Assembly (NCBI GenBank): GCA_036001065.1 | Contig: DASYUQ010000115.1 | Location: 1,297-65,296 of the forward strand | Direction of reading: 5' to 3' | Length of the DNA: 64,000 bases | From: Candidatus Methylomirabilota bacterium | GTDB lineage: Bacteria; Methylomirabilota; Methylomirabilia; Rokubacteriales; CSP1-6 | In this document: positions 46,356 to 55,976 of the stretch, one piece after another | How the letters are laid out: each line of letters starts with the position of its first letter | Position numbering within the stretch: the first letter of the stretch is position 1 | Program-made: the position numbers and the translations under genes | Notes under the pieces: model-generated | What the model was told of the DNA's origin: nothing | What the model saw: only the letters and a program-made list of their open reading frames with translations | Database searches by the model: none

Positions 46356-47797
46356 ACCTGGGTGCCTCCCACCGTCATGCCGTCGATGCGGATCGTCGGC
46401 AGGCCCACGCCGACCGGCACCGACTGGCCGTCCTTGCCGCAGGTGCCGATGCCTTCGTCGAGCTGCAGGTCGTGCCCCACGCGCGTCACGCGTGTGAGCG
46501 CCTCGGGGCCGTTGCCGATGAGCGTGGCGCCCTTTACGGGCGCGGTGATGCGCCCGTCCTCGACGAGGTAGGCCTCGCTGGCGGAGAAGACGAACTTGCC
46601 GCTGGTGATGTCCACTTGCCCGCCGCCGAAGGAGACGGCGTAGAGACCGTACGTCACCGAGCGGATGATGTCCTCGGGGTCGTCTTCCCCGGCCAGCATG
46701 AAGGTGTTCGTCATGCGGGGCATCGGCGGACAGGCGTAGGACTCGCGGCGGCCGTTGCCCGTCGGCTGCATGCCCATGAGGCGCGCGTTGAGCTTGTCCT
46801 GCATGTAGCCGCAGAGAACGCCCCGGTCGATGAGGACGGTGCGCCCGGTGGGCGTGCCCTCGTCGTCCACGTTCAGCGAGCCGCGCCGGTTGGGGATGGT
46901 GCCGTCGTCCACGACGGTGACCAGCTCCGAGGCGACCTTCTGGCCCATGCGCCCCGCGAAGGCGGACACGCCCTTGCGGTTGAAGTCGCCCTCCAGCCCG
47001 TGCCCGACCGCTTCGTGGAGGAGAATCCCGGGCCAGCCGGGGCCGAGCACCACCGTCATCGCTCCCGCGGGCGCGCCGACGGCCCGAAGCTTCAGCGTCG
47101 CCTGTCGCGCGGCCTCGGCAGCGAACCGCTGCCAGCGCTCCCGCTCGAGGAAGAAGTCGAAGCCGACGCGGCCGCCGCCTCCGTACGCGCCGATCTCGCG
47201 CTTTCCCCCTTCCTCGGCGATGACCGTCACGTTGAGGCGGGTGAGCGGGCGGATGTCCCCCACCGTCCAGCCCGCGGCGGTGGCGATCAGCATGACCGCA
47301 TCCTCGCTGGTGAGGCTCGCGATCACCTGCTTGACCCGCGCGTCGGCGGCGCGAGCCGCCCGGTCCACCGATCTCAGCAGATCCAGCTTGCGCGTGAGGT
47401 CCGTGGCGATGGGAGGCTCGGGCAGCGTATAGAGGTCGTGCGGTCGTCCGCTCGGCACCGCCACGACCGCCGAGGCGCTCGCCTGCGAGGCGATGGCCCG
47501 GGCCTGGCGCGCCGCCTCCTCGAGGTTCCCCAGCGAGATGTCGTCGGTATGGGCGTAGCCGGTCCGGGCGCCCGCCTGGGCCCGAACCCCGGCCCCCTGG
47601 CTCACGTGCCGGGAGGCCTTCTTTACGGTCCCTTCCTCGAGTACGAGCTCTTCGTTGATACAGTACTCGAGGTAGATGTCAGCATCGTCCACCCTGCCCT
47701 TGAGCGCCGAGCCGATCAGGCGGTCGATGAGGCCCGGCGTGACGTCGAACCGGTCGGCAAAGAAGCGCTCCGGCCGGACATGCACGAGGTCAGTCAT
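46352..47797 (-). CDS. tldD: Metalloprotease TldD
   Basis: HEAVGHGLE metal-binding motif and a GxC...dimer region. 481 aa. Confidence 0.8.
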   Translation of the reverse strand: MTDLVHVRPERFFADRFDVTPGLIDRLIGSALKGRVDDADIYLEYCINEELVLEEGTVKKASRHVSQGAGVRAQAGARTGYAHTDDISLGNLEEAARQARAIASQASASAVVAVPSGRPHDLYTLPEPPIATDLTRKLDLLRSVDRAARAADARVKQVIASLTSEDAVMLIATAAGWTVGDIRPLTRLNVTVIAEEGGKREIGAYGGGGRVGFDFFLERERWQRFAAEAARQATLKLRAVGAPAGAMTVVLGPGWPGILLHEAVGHGLEGDFNRKGVSAFAGRMGQKVASELVTVVDDGTIPNRRGSLNVDDEGTPTGRTVLIDRGVLCGYMQDKLNARLMGMQPTGNGRRESYACPPMPRMTNTFMLAGEDDPEDIIRSVTYGLYAVSFGGGQVDITSGKFVFSASEAYLVEDGRITAPVKGATLIGNGPEALTRVTRVGHDLQLDEGIGTCGKDGQSVPVGVGLPTIRIDGMTVGGTQV

Positions 47798-47881
47798 TGG
47801 AGGGCTCCAATCCTAGCCCGGGCCCTGCCGGACCCCAAGTTTTTTGAAGGCGACCGGTAAGTCTCCTGAAAGCTTACGCTT

Positions 47882-48685
47882 CTATCTGGCGGCCTGGAAG
47901 CGCTGGATGATTTCGTGGATCAGCCGCAGCCCGACCATCAGCGAGGGCCCCGGCGAGAGAATGTCGCCGCCGTCGATCTCGTGGATCTGGCCCAGCTTGA
48001 CCGCCGTGATCCCGTCCCAGCCGGGACGGCGCGCGACCGCCTGGCGGTCGAGGGGCTTGCCGCACCACGAGGCGAGGATGATCTGGGGATCGCGCGCGAC
48101 GACCTCATCGGGGCTCACGATCCGGCCCTGGGCCTGCGGCCGGTCGCGGAGCTCGGCGAAGACATCCCGCCCCCCCGCGATCTCGACCAGCTCGGAGACC
48201 CAGCGGATGCCGACGATGGGCGGATCCGGCCACTCCTCGAAGTAGACGCGGGGACGATCGGGCCAGACGGCGGAGTACTCGCGGATCTGCTTGACCTCGT
48301 CGCGGATGTCCTGGATCAGCTCCCGCGCCCGCTCCTGGCACCCCAGCGCGCCCCCGATCAGGAGGATGGCGCGCAGGACGTCGTCGAACGAGCGCTGATT
48401 CGTGCAGAGGACGGTGACGCCGCTGGCGATCAGGTCGCGCACGATGTCCTTCTGGAGATCGGAGAAGCCGAGCACGAGGTCGGGCTCGAGGGCGAAGATC
48501 TTGTCGACGCGGAACGTGGTGAAGCCCCCGACCTTCGCTTTTTCGCGCGCCGCCTCCGGGCGGTGCGCCGTCCCCGGCACCCCCACCACGCGATCGCCCG
48601 CGCCGACTAGGTGGGCGATCTCCGCCGTCTCCGCCGTCAGGCAGACGATGCGGCGGGGAAAGTCGATCGAGGTCTTGCCGTACAC
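47882..48685 (-). CDS. BtuF-like class III periplasmic-binding-fold protein (cobalamin/siderophore-binding family), no signal peptide
   Basis: RRIVCLTAETAEIAHLVGAGDRVVGVPG and W.D.P.V.G.RW..E resemble BtuF/FecB-type binding proteins. It follows the M20 gene with a 4-nt gap. Confidence 0.6.
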   Translation of the reverse strand: MYGKTSIDFPRRIVCLTAETAEIAHLVGAGDRVVGVPGTAHRPEAAREKAKVGGFTTFRVDKIFALEPDLVLGFSDLQKDIVRDLIASGVTVLCTNQRSFDDVLRAILLIGGALGCQERARELIQDIRDEVKQIREYSAVWPDRPRVYFEEWPDPPIVGIRWVSELVEIAGGRDVFAELRDRPQAQGRIVSPDEVVARDPQIILASWCGKPLDRQAVARRPGWDGITAVKLGQIHEIDGGDILSPGPSLMVGLRLIHEIIQRFQAAR

Positions 48686-48689
48686 CCGC

Positions 48690-50018
48690 TCAGCCCTCGT
48701 AGAGCTCCCGCCGGGCCACGGACCGCTGGAAGGTGAGGTACCCCTCGCGCGTCATGGGCGGCTTGGCGGTCTGGAGGACCTCGCGGGCGCCGGTCGCGCC
48801 GTCCGCCAGCATGTCGATGACCATCGCAGCGAGCGCCTTGGCCGGCGTGACGTAGGCCAGCGACTTGTCGACGATCTCGTAGTCGGGGCCGTGCCCGGTG
48901 CCGCGCGCGCCGCCGATATAAGGATGGAGCACGGGCATCACCTGGGAGAGATCGCCCATGTCCGTGGAGCCCGTGCGGTGGCCGATCTGCTTGTAGTGCT
49001 CCTCGCCGACCAGCGTGACGGCGTTCTGTTTAAAGTATTGCGCCATGGTGGCATCGCACTGCATCGGCAGGTAGCCCGGCAGCGTCTCGATCTCCACCTT
49101 GGCGCCGAGGGCCAGCGCCCCCGCGCGCAGCGCGCGATCGACCCTGCGCTCGGCCTCGAGGATCGCCTCCACCGTCCGGCCGCGGACGTAGGTTTCGATT
49201 CGCACCTCGCCCGGGATGACGTTCACCTGCGAGCCGCCGTGGGTGATGATCGGGTGGACGCGGATCGTGTCCTCGTCCCGGAAGGTCTCGCGGATCGCGT
49301 TGATGGCCGTGAGCCCGATCTGCGCCGCGTAGAGCGCGTTGATCCCCAGGTGGGGGGCGCCTCCGGCGTGGGCGGCCCGGCCGATGTAGCGGACCGTCTT
49401 GACGACGCAGCCGTTGTTCGACTGCGGCACGCCGGCCTTGCCGTCCTCGGGACGCGCAGTGGCGTGGATCATCATCGCGAGGTCGACGTCGTCGAAGTGG
49501 CCGAGCCGGAGCAGCTCGGGCTTGCCTCCGAGAAATTCCAGCTTCCCCTGCCGCGCCTGTCTCACGCGCCATTCCACGTCCCCGTACTCCTCGGCAGGCA
49601 CGGCGAACAAGACGACCCGGCCGGCGAGGTGCTCCATGGCCTGGGCGTCGCTGAGCCCCATCGCGCAGCCCAGCAGACCGGCCACCTGGGCGTTGTGGCC
49701 GCAGGCATGGGCGGCGCCCGTTTCGGGATCCGCTCCGGGATGGCCCGCCACGACCAGGGCGTCCAGCTCGGCCAGGAGCGCGAACGTGGGGCCTGCTCCC
49801 GCCTTGCCCACGAGGTCGGCGCGAACGCCCGTCAGCGCCAGACCGGCCCTGGGCTTGAGCCCGAGCCGGCTCAACGTGTCCTCCACGAGCCGGGCCGTCT
49901 TGACTTCCTTGAAGCCGAGCTCGGGGTGGCGCCGGATCTGCTCGCCGAGCCCGATGATCTCTTCGCCGTGTCGATCGATCGCCTGCCACACCCGACGCTT
50001 CAGGTCGTCCTTCGTCAT
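48690..50018 (-). CDS. M20D-family amidohydrolase; by thi-operon context a candidate N-formyl-aminopyrimidine deformylase (YlmB-like)
   Basis: M20 metal ligands (AHACGHN, E..G, H), about 440 aa, hippurate-hydrolase/AbgB-like. It overlaps thiO by 4 nt within the TPP-riboswitch-controlled operon. Confidence 0.65.
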   Translation of the reverse strand: MTKDDLKRRVWQAIDRHGEEIIGLGEQIRRHPELGFKEVKTARLVEDTLSRLGLKPRAGLALTGVRADLVGKAGAGPTFALLAELDALVVAGHPGADPETGAAHACGHNAQVAGLLGCAMGLSDAQAMEHLAGRVVLFAVPAEEYGDVEWRVRQARQGKLEFLGGKPELLRLGHFDDVDLAMMIHATARPEDGKAGVPQSNNGCVVKTVRYIGRAAHAGGAPHLGINALYAAQIGLTAINAIRETFRDEDTIRVHPIITHGGSQVNVIPGEVRIETYVRGRTVEAILEAERRVDRALRAGALALGAKVEIETLPGYLPMQCDATMAQYFKQNAVTLVGEEHYKQIGHRTGSTDMGDLSQVMPVLHPYIGGARGTGHGPDYEIVDKSLAYVTPAKALAAMVIDMLADGATGAREVLQTAKPPMTREGYLTFQRSVARRELYEG

Positions 50019-51127
50019 GGCTCGCGCCTCTCGATGAACCGGTCAGGGAGGAAGTCGTTGAGTGAGAGCGAGGGGCGCCCCGTGAGGATCCACTCGGTCA
50101 TCACCTTCGCCGTGATGGGGGCCAGGAGGATGCCGTTACGGAAGTGCGCCGTCGCGATCCAGAGCCCCTCGAGACCGGGCCAGGGGCCCAGGATGGGGAG
50201 ATTGTCCGGGGCCCAGGGCCGGAACCCGTACCACGTCCGGTTGATCGCCAGCCCGGCGAGCGCCGGCACCAGCTCGATGGCCGCGTTGAGGAGTCCCGCG
50301 ATCCCCATGGCCGTCACCGCCCGATGAAAACCCACGCGCTCGACGGTGGCCCCGACCAGCAGCTCGCCCGACGGCCGCGGGACGAGATAGACCTCGTCGC
50401 CGTGGACGCAGTGCGTGAGCACCGGCGGGACGTGGGCGAGCGCGATCATCTGTCCGCGCCGGGGCTCCACCGGGAGGCGCCCGCCGAACGAGGCCACCAG
50501 CGGCGCCGTCCAGGCGCCGGCGGCGAGGACGATCACGTCGCCGTCGAACCGCTCTCCATCGGCGACGACCGCCCGGGCGTGACCGTCCTCGACGACGAGC
50601 CGGGAGACGCCGCAGCCGGCGATCAGGGCGACGCCGGCGGCCACGGCGGCCTGGGCGTAGGCGACGACGAGCCGCTGGTTGTTCACCCAGTGGTCGCCGC
50701 GCACGAACATCGCGCCGCTCACCTTGGCCGACAGCGCCGGCTCCCGGGCGTGCACCTCGCCGCTGTCCCAGGCCTCGATGCCGAACTCGCGACCGAGCGC
50801 CTCCTGCGCGCGGCTCTGGGTCTCGCGCACGTCGTGCACGGTAGCGAGGGGATAGATCGTTCCGCGGGTGACGTACTCGACGTCGATGCCCGTGCGCTCC
50901 CTGAGCTCGTGGACCACGGCGGGATAGAGCCGCCAGCTTGTCACCGCGAGCTCGCGAAAGCCGGTCGCCGAGGACTCGCCGAGCGGCGCCAGCAGTCCGG
51001 CGGCGGCGCCCGAGGCCTCCGCGCCCGGGGTGGCCCGCTCCAGGAGCACCACCGCGCACCCGGCCTTGGCCAGCTCCCAGGCCGTGGCACAGCCGATCAC
51101 GCCGCCACCGACGACGACGACTTTCAC
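50015..51127 (-). CDS. thiO: FAD-dependent glycine oxidase ThiO
   Basis: N-terminal dinucleotide-binding motif (VVVVGGGVIGCATAWELAKAG). The start is the GTG at 51125-51127 within the artefactual longer ORF. It sits in the thi operon. Confidence 0.75.
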   Translation of the reverse strand: MKVVVVGGGVIGCATAWELAKAGCAVVLLERATPGAEASGAAAGLLAPLGESSATGFRELAVTSWRLYPAVVHELRERTGIDVEYVTRGTIYPLATVHDVRETQSRAQEALGREFGIEAWDSGEVHAREPALSAKVSGAMFVRGDHWVNNQRLVVAYAQAAVAAGVALIAGCGVSRLVVEDGHARAVVADGERFDGDVIVLAAGAWTAPLVASFGGRLPVEPRRGQMIALAHVPPVLTHCVHGDEVYLVPRPSGELLVGATVERVGFHRAVTAMGIAGLLNAAIELVPALAGLAINRTWYGFRPWAPDNLPILGPWPGLEGLWIATAHFRNGILLAPITAKVMTEWILTGRPSLSLNDFLPDRFIERREP

Positions 51128-51128
51128 T

Positions 51129-51204
51129 TCACTCGGAGGGGGGCTTCGCCCCCCTTCCGATTCCTCCCCCCAGGAGTTGCGCGGGCAAAGCCCGCGCTCG
51201 AACA
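51129..51204. repeat. REP/MITE-like composite repeat, copy d (orientation 1)
   Basis: CTCGGAGGGGGGCTTCGCCCCCCTTCCGA...GTTGCGCGGGCAAAGCCCGCGCTCGAAC. It lies between thiE and thiO. Confidence 0.65.
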
Positions 51205-51239
51205 GCGGCACGCCGACACGTGGGGCGCCATCCGTGGCA

Positions 51240-51863
51240 TCAGATGGCGGCCAGGGCGTCGAGGAAGCGCCGGGTCGCGTCGGCCGGCGAGGAGGCGGCC
51301 AGGATGGCCGAGATGGCGGCGACGCCGGTCGCTCCCGATCGCCGGACGTCACGCACCCGCTCGGGAGTGATCCCGCCGATCGCGATCAGGGGGATGTCGA
51401 GCGCGCTGGCCACGCGCTCGAGGGCGCCGAGCCCCTGGGGCGGGCCGTAGTGGCGCTTGGAGGGCGTGTCGTAGATCGGCCCGAAGACGACCCAGTCGGC
51501 GCCCGCCTCCGCGGCGGCGATCGCCTCCTCGCGCGAGTGCACCGAGGCGCCGATGCCGAGCCGCTTGTCGGCGATCGCCCGGATGTCGGCGACGGGCAGC
51601 GAGGTCGACGTCCGCTGGACGCCGTCGGCACCGACGGCCAGCGCCACGTCCAGGCGGTCGTTGACGATCAGGAGGGCGCCGCGGGCGGAAGTCAGGGCGC
51701 GGAGGGCGCGGCCCAGACCCGCCAGGGCCTCGGCACCCAGGTCCTTCTCGCGGAGCTGGACCGCGGGAAGCCCGGCGGCCAGGCAGTCACGAACGACGGC
51801 GATGAGATCCCGCCCGCCGGTCTGAGCGCGGTCCGTGACGAGGCAGAGTCTCAGCTGGTCCAA
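51240..51863 (-). CDS. thiE: Thiamine-phosphate synthase ThiE
   Basis: ThiE fold motifs (LCLVTDR..., VQLREKD, IAIGGI). The start was placed at TTG 51861-51863 ([11 protein letters not shown]). Confidence 0.75.
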   Translation of the reverse strand: MDQLRLCLVTDRAQTGGRDLIAVVRDCLAAGLPAVQLREKDLGAEALAGLGRALRALTSARGALLIVNDRLDVALAVGADGVQRTSTSLPVADIRAIADKRLGIGASVHSREEAIAAAEAGADWVVFGPIYDTPSKRHYGPPQGLGALERVASALDIPLIAIGGITPERVRDVRRSGATGVAAISAILAASSPADATRRFLDALAAI

Positions 51864-52633
51864 TCGGGCACGCCTTCGAGCGGCGAGGACGCCGAGGCGT
51901 AGAGCTTCTTGCCGATCCGGCCCGCCTTGTACGCCAGGCGGCCCGCCTCGACCGCCAGGCGCATGGCCCGGGCCATGGCCACCGGGTCGCGGGCGCCGGC
52001 GATCGCGGTGTTCATGAGGACACCGTCGCACCCGATCTCCATCGCCACCGCGGCGTCGGAGGCGGTCCCCACACCGGCGTCCACGATCACGGGAATCGAC
52101 ACCGTCTCCAAGATGATCTTGAGGTTGTACGGGTTGCGGATGCCCAGCCCCGAGCCGATCGGCGCCGCCAGCGGCATGACCACCGCCGCCCCCGCGTCCT
52201 CGAGCTTCTTGGCCGTGACGGGATCGTCGCTGGTGTACGGCATCACCACGAAGCCCTCGCGGGCGAGCGTCTTGGTGGCCTCCAGCAGCCCCTGCACGTC
52301 GGGGAAGAGCGTGCGCGAGTCGCCGATGACCTCGAGCTTGACCAGCTCGCCCAGTCCGGCCTCGCGCGCCAGGTAGGCGGTGCGCACCGCCTCGTCGGCC
52401 GTGTAGCAGCCGGCGGTGTTCGGGAGCAGCGTGAACCGCTTGGCGTCGATGTGGTCCAGGATCGACTCGCCGGTGCCGGGCAGGCTCACCCGCCGGATGG
52501 CCACCGTCACGATCTCGGCGCCGGACTCCTCGTGGGCCTGCCGCATGACGTCGAGCGACGAGTACTTCCCCGTCCCGACGATCAGGCGCGACGTGAACTC
52601 CTTGCCTCCGATGACCAGTGGCGTGTCGTACAT
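51851..52633 (-). CDS. thiG: Thiazole synthase ThiG
   Basis: Full-length ThiG similarity ([32 protein letters not shown]). Confidence 0.9.
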   Translation of the reverse strand: MYDTPLVIGGKEFTSRLIVGTGKYSSLDVMRQAHEESGAEIVTVAIRRVSLPGTGESILDHIDAKRFTLLPNTAGCYTADEAVRTAYLAREAGLGELVKLEVIGDSRTLFPDVQGLLEATKTLAREGFVVMPYTSDDPVTAKKLEDAGAAVVMPLAAPIGSGLGIRNPYNLKIILETVSIPVIVDAGVGTASDAAVAMEIGCDGVLMNTAIAGARDPVAMARAMRLAVEAGRLAYKAGRIGKKLYASASSPLEGVPDWTS

Positions 52634-52637
52634 GCTG

Positions 52638-52838
52638 CTACCCTCCCCCCATCGGGCGCACGATCTCCACCCGATCGCCTTGCTTTAGGATGGTCTCGGG
52701 GTACCGGCTCTTCGGCATCACCTCGCGGTTCACCGCCACCGCCGTGTACTCGCGCTTGACCCCGAGCTGCGACAGCAGCGCCTCGACGCTGACGCCGTCG
52801 GTGACGTCCATCGGCTTGCCGTTCACCGTGATCTTCAT
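52638..52838 (-). CDS. thiS: Sulfur carrier protein ThiS
   Basis: 66-aa beta-grasp protein ending GG (MKITVNGK...[10 protein letters not shown]). The start is the ATG at 52836-52838. Confidence 0.85.
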   Translation of the reverse strand: MKITVNGKPMDVTDGVSVEALLSQLGVKREYTAVAVNREVMPKSRYPETILKQGDRVEIVRPMGGG

Positions 52839-52851
52839 ATGCCGTGCCTGC

Positions 52852-52895
52852 CCAAAAACCAAACGGCCGCTCCCAGGCTGGGCGCGGCCGTCTCC
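52852..52895 (-). terminator. Putative riboswitch expression-platform intrinsic terminator in the thiS leader
   Basis: On the minus strand, CGGCCGC[GCCCAGCCUGGGA]GCGGCCG is followed by UUUGGUUUUUGGG, between the TPP aptamer and the thiS start. Confidence 0.5.
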
Positions 52896-52900
52896 GTCGG

Positions 52901-52985
52901 CCGTGTTCCCTTCGCTGGTATTACCCAGAATCAGGTTCGAGGGGTCCCGGGCCGCACCCGGTTCTCAGGAATCCTCCCCCCACGG
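52901..52985 (-). ncRNA. TPP (thiamine pyrophosphate) riboswitch, THI element
   Basis: Minus-strand sequence GGGGGAGGAUUCCUGAGAACCGGGUGCGGCCCGGGACCCCUCGAACCUGAUUCUGGGUAAUACCAGCGAAGGGAA contains the conserved CUGAGA, ACCC, GAACCUGAU and CUGG-UAAUACCAGCGAAGGGAA blocks of the THI-box. Confidence 0.9.
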
Positions 52986-53232
52986 CGACGGTCGAAGTAT
53001 ACCACTGCGTTCGCTGTGTGGCGACGAGGGCTCGATTGCAACATCCCGATGGGTACGCCGGGGTCGGCGCCAGCATTGTCTCCCCTCTCCTCGTCGGGGA
53101 AACCCGCGACCGCCTGACGTGTTTACCGGCAATCAGTTCGCGCGCGACACGCACCCGGATACGGATAAGGCTCGAGACGGGTAATCCCGGCGGAGGCTCG
53201 CTCGCATCCGTCGATCTCGGGCGGCTAGACCG

Positions 53233-53943
53233 TCACCGTGATGCCGGCGGCGAGGTCGTCGGTTCGATCTCGCGCTTCGCCAACCACTCGCTTGCCGCTC
53301 CCCGCAGCCGCTCGTCCCGAAACGCAAACCAGCGCTCGCGCTCGGCCGGATGCCCGGCCAAGACGTTCTTGAACCGCCGAAAAGCGCTGCGGCCGTCGAG
53401 GGTGACCTCCAGCCGGTCGCGCAGCTGGGGGTCAGCAACCGACGAAGCGAACTCCGCCATCCAACCGTACTCCACCGAGGATCCGAGCGGCTCGACGTGG
53501 ATAAGGTGTCCCGCTGCCAACCCCGCGGCGATCTCCTCCTCCGAGGACCAGTCATCGTCCTCACCCAAGTGGTCGACCGGGACCATCTGCACCTCGCCGC
53601 TGCGCGCGTCGAGGTAGCAGGTCCACTCGGCGGCGTTCGCGGTCAGCGCCATCTCCAGGTCGTCCCAGTCCACCGGCACCGTCCTCCGAGCCACAGATAC
53701 CGCCCGCTCCGCTTCGCCCCGACCGAGCTGCGCCACAATTCTCTCACGCCCGTCTTCACTGAAGTCGGCGCCGTATAGCCGCAAGAACAGCAGCTCGCGC
53801 ACCCTGGCCGGCGACGCGGATCGCTCCTGCTCCAGCACGGATGCGACCACGAGCGCTCGCGCGGTGGCGAACATCGAACAGCCCATTTTCAGCCGTTCGG
53901 CGCCGGAGCGCTGCAGGAGCATCTCCCGGTATCTTTGTTGCAT
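53233..53943 (-). CDS. Hypothetical protein (UPF0158-like C-terminal region)
   Basis: High GC3 coding signal, with a C-terminal RRFKNVL...W.AF...RL....EWL pattern reminiscent of the UPF0158 family. The start is uncertain (MQQRYREML). Confidence 0.35.
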   Translation of the reverse strand: MQQRYREMLLQRSGAERLKMGCSMFATARALVVASVLEQERSASPARVRELLFLRLYGADFSEDGRERIVAQLGRGEAERAVSVARRTVPVDWDDLEMALTANAAEWTCYLDARSGEVQMVPVDHLGEDDDWSSEEEIAAGLAAGHLIHVEPLGSSVEYGWMAEFASSVADPQLRDRLEVTLDGRSAFRRFKNVLAGHPAERERWFAFRDERLRGAASEWLAKREIEPTTSPPASR

Positions 53944-53960
53944 CGCCGGAGATGTGTCGT

Positions 53961-54569
53961 TCACCCGGCGACCTCGCGGTAGAGCGAGTCGAGCCCCAGT
54001 CGAGTCACCCACCGTGACAGGTATTCCCAGTCGAGGCCCCGCTCCGCGGCTAGGAGATTTCGCACGTCGGCGAGCTGGACTTCGGAACGGGTGTCCTTGG
54101 CCCAGTCGAGTTTAGAGATAATCAAGTCCTCCGGAGCCACGACGAAGATCGTGATGTCTTCGATCGTCACGCGACGTCTCCGCCGGAACTCCTCGCGCCG
54201 GTAGTCGCTGTCTTTGCGCACAATGAAATCCACCTTGACCACCAGGGCAGTGTGGATGACGTTGAACGTCGTCCGCTCGGCGATCGCCCGAACCACGGCC
54301 TCCGGCTCGACATAGAAATCGCCGCGGAAAAGCTCGCTCAGCCGCTCCGCGTCGGCGCCTAACGCCTGGATCACGATGTCGATGTCCCGCGTCATGCGTG
54401 GCACCGCGTAATAGTTGGCCGCGATCGACCCGGTGACCATGTATGGGATTCCTGCCGACCCGAGCCGCCTGGTGACGATCTTGAGGACCTCCAGCTCCTC
54501 GGTCACAACCCGCCCTCCAGCCTCGCACCGATCTGTGTCAGGGAAGGTCACAGCACGCGACTGCCTCAC
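53961..54569 (-). CDS. Nucleotidyltransferase-fold protein (AbiEii/MNT-like, GS...DxD motif)
   Basis: GSIAANYYAVPRMTRDIDIVI matches the GS-X9-13-DxD nucleotidyltransferase signature. The true start is probably the GTG near 54503 (VTEELEVLK). Confidence 0.5.
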   Translation of the reverse strand: MRQSRAVTFPDTDRCEAGGRVVTEELEVLKIVTRRLGSAGIPYMVTGSIAANYYAVPRMTRDIDIVIQALGADAERLSELFRGDFYVEPEAVVRAIAERTTFNVIHTALVVKVDFIVRKDSDYRREEFRRRRRVTIEDITIFVVAPEDLIISKLDWAKDTRSEVQLADVRNLLAAERGLDWEYLSRWVTRLGLDSLYREVAG

Positions 54570-54886
54570 CCGGCCGGTCCAGCCCCAGCTCCTCCCACAT
54601 CCAGCCGAAGTCGTAGGCGACCTGGCCTTCGCGGCGCTGGCGCTCCGAGAGGCGCTCGGCGTCCGTGTAGGCGCCGACCGAGCCCGCTGTTTCGACCGAC
54701 TCCGCTCACCAAGTTCCCTCCCGGTCAGTATCGCGAGGAACTGGAGTAGCTACCATTGGCGCACGAGCTGGTTGCCACGCGGCATCGCGTGGCGCCATTC
54801 TCCGTGGGCAGGTTCGCCTCGTCAACGATGAAACCGGGCGCCTCTCCAAGTTGCACTGTGGCTACCTGAGTGCTTAGCATGGCGTC

Positions 54887-55318
54887 GTGCGCATCAGCCG
54901 GGAATTCCGCTTCGACGCGGCGCATCGCATCCTGGGCCACGCCGGCCGCTGCGCCTGGCTCCTCGGGCATGGCTACCGGCTCGGCGTGACCGTGGAGGCG
55001 ACCCGCCTCAGCGCGCGGGACATGGTCATGGACTTCGCCGACCTCAGTGCGGTGGTACGGGCGGCCGGGCTGGACCGTTGGGACCACTCCACGCTGCTGC
55101 GCCGTGACGACCCCCTCGTCGCCTCCCTCACCACCGTCCAGGCGGCCGCGCCCGAACGCCTCGTGCCGTTCACCGAGAACCCGACGGCGGAGGTGCTCGC
55201 GCGCGAGGCCTTCGAGGCGATCGACAAGCGGCTGCCGGAGGGCGTCCGGCTCGCCGGCGTCACCGTGCACGAGACGCCCACGTGCAGCAGCGAGCACTGC
55301 CGTGAGGACCACCGCTGA
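54887..55318 (+). CDS. queD: 6-carboxy-5,6,7,8-tetrahydropterin synthase QueD
   Basis: QueD/PTPS motifs (FRFDAAHRI..H.G.C; HGHGY). GTG start. Confidence 0.8.
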   Translation: MRISREFRFDAAHRILGHAGRCAWLLGHGYRLGVTVEATRLSARDMVMDFADLSAVVRAAGLDRWDHSTLLRRDDPLVASLTTVQAAAPERLVPFTENPTAEVLAREAFEAIDKRLPEGVRLAGVTVHETPTCSSEHCREDHR

Positions 55319-55331
55319 CGTCACCCTCCGC

Positions 55332-55976
55332 GTGAGCGAGGTCTTCGCCTCCCTGCAGGGCGAGGGGCCCTCGGCGGGCGTGCCGTCGGTGTTCGTGCGC
55401 CTGCAGGGCTGCGGGGTGGGCTGCGTGTGGTGCGACACGAAGTACTCGTGGGATTCCCGGCGCGGGCGCGCCGTCACGCTGGATGTGCTCCTCGCCGAGG
55501 TCAAGGCGGCCGGCCCCCAGAACGTCGTCGTGACCGGCGGGGAGCCGCTGGAGAGTCCAGCCTTCGCACCGCTAATCGACGGTCTCAAGGGGCTGGGCCT
55601 GCGCGTCGAGGTGGAAACCGCGGGGACCGAGGTGCCACCCGCGGTCGACGTCGATCAGTGGAACGTGTCGCTCAAGCTCGCCCACTCCGGAGTGCCCGAG
55701 CCGCGACGTCTGAGACCCGAGGCAATCGCGAGGTTTCGGGACTTGGGTGCCTGGTTCAAGTTCGTCGTGGGCGAAGAGCGCGACGTCGATGAGGTGCGCT
55801 CGCTCCAGGCCCGATATGGGCTGCCGTCCGAGCGCATCGTGCTGATGCCGCTGGGGATGCGGCGCGAGGAGCAGGTCGCCATGATGCCCGTCGTCGTCGA
55901 GTGGTGCCGGCGCCACGGCTTCCGGTTCTCCCCGCGCTTGCACATCCTGATCTGGGGCCCCAAGCGCGGTGTCTAG
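55332..55976 (+). CDS. queE: 7-carboxy-7-deazaguanine synthase QueE (radical SAM)
   Basis: [10 protein letters not shown] start region and a CxxxCxxC-type cluster (CGVGCVWCD). The GTG at 55332 was chosen to avoid overlap with queD (alternative 55302). Confidence 0.8.
   Translation: MSEVFASLQGEGPSAGVPSVFVRLQGCGVGCVWCDTKYSWDSRRGRAVTLDVLLAEVKAAGPQNVVVTGGEPLESPAFAPLIDGLKGLGLRVEVETAGTEVPPAVDVDQWNVSLKLAHSGVPEPRRLRPEAIARFRDLGAWFKFVVGEERDVDEVRSLQARYGLPSERIVLMPLGMRREEQVAMMPVVVEWCRRHGFRFSPRLHILIWGPKRGV

Noticed and set aside
53000-53232. A second riboswitch-like element upstream of the TPP aptamer (CTCGAGACGGGTAATCCCGGCGGAGGCTCG).
   Set aside because: It has imperfect pairing and no match to a known aptamer class that I can recall. 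It is more likely part of the thi promoter region.
54780-54886. preQ1 riboswitch upstream of queDEC.
   Set aside because: No preQ1-I or preQ1-II consensus was found (no A-rich tail or characteristic CCC...UAAAAAACUA). Only a weak TTGCAC-N18-TAGCAT promoter-like pattern is present.
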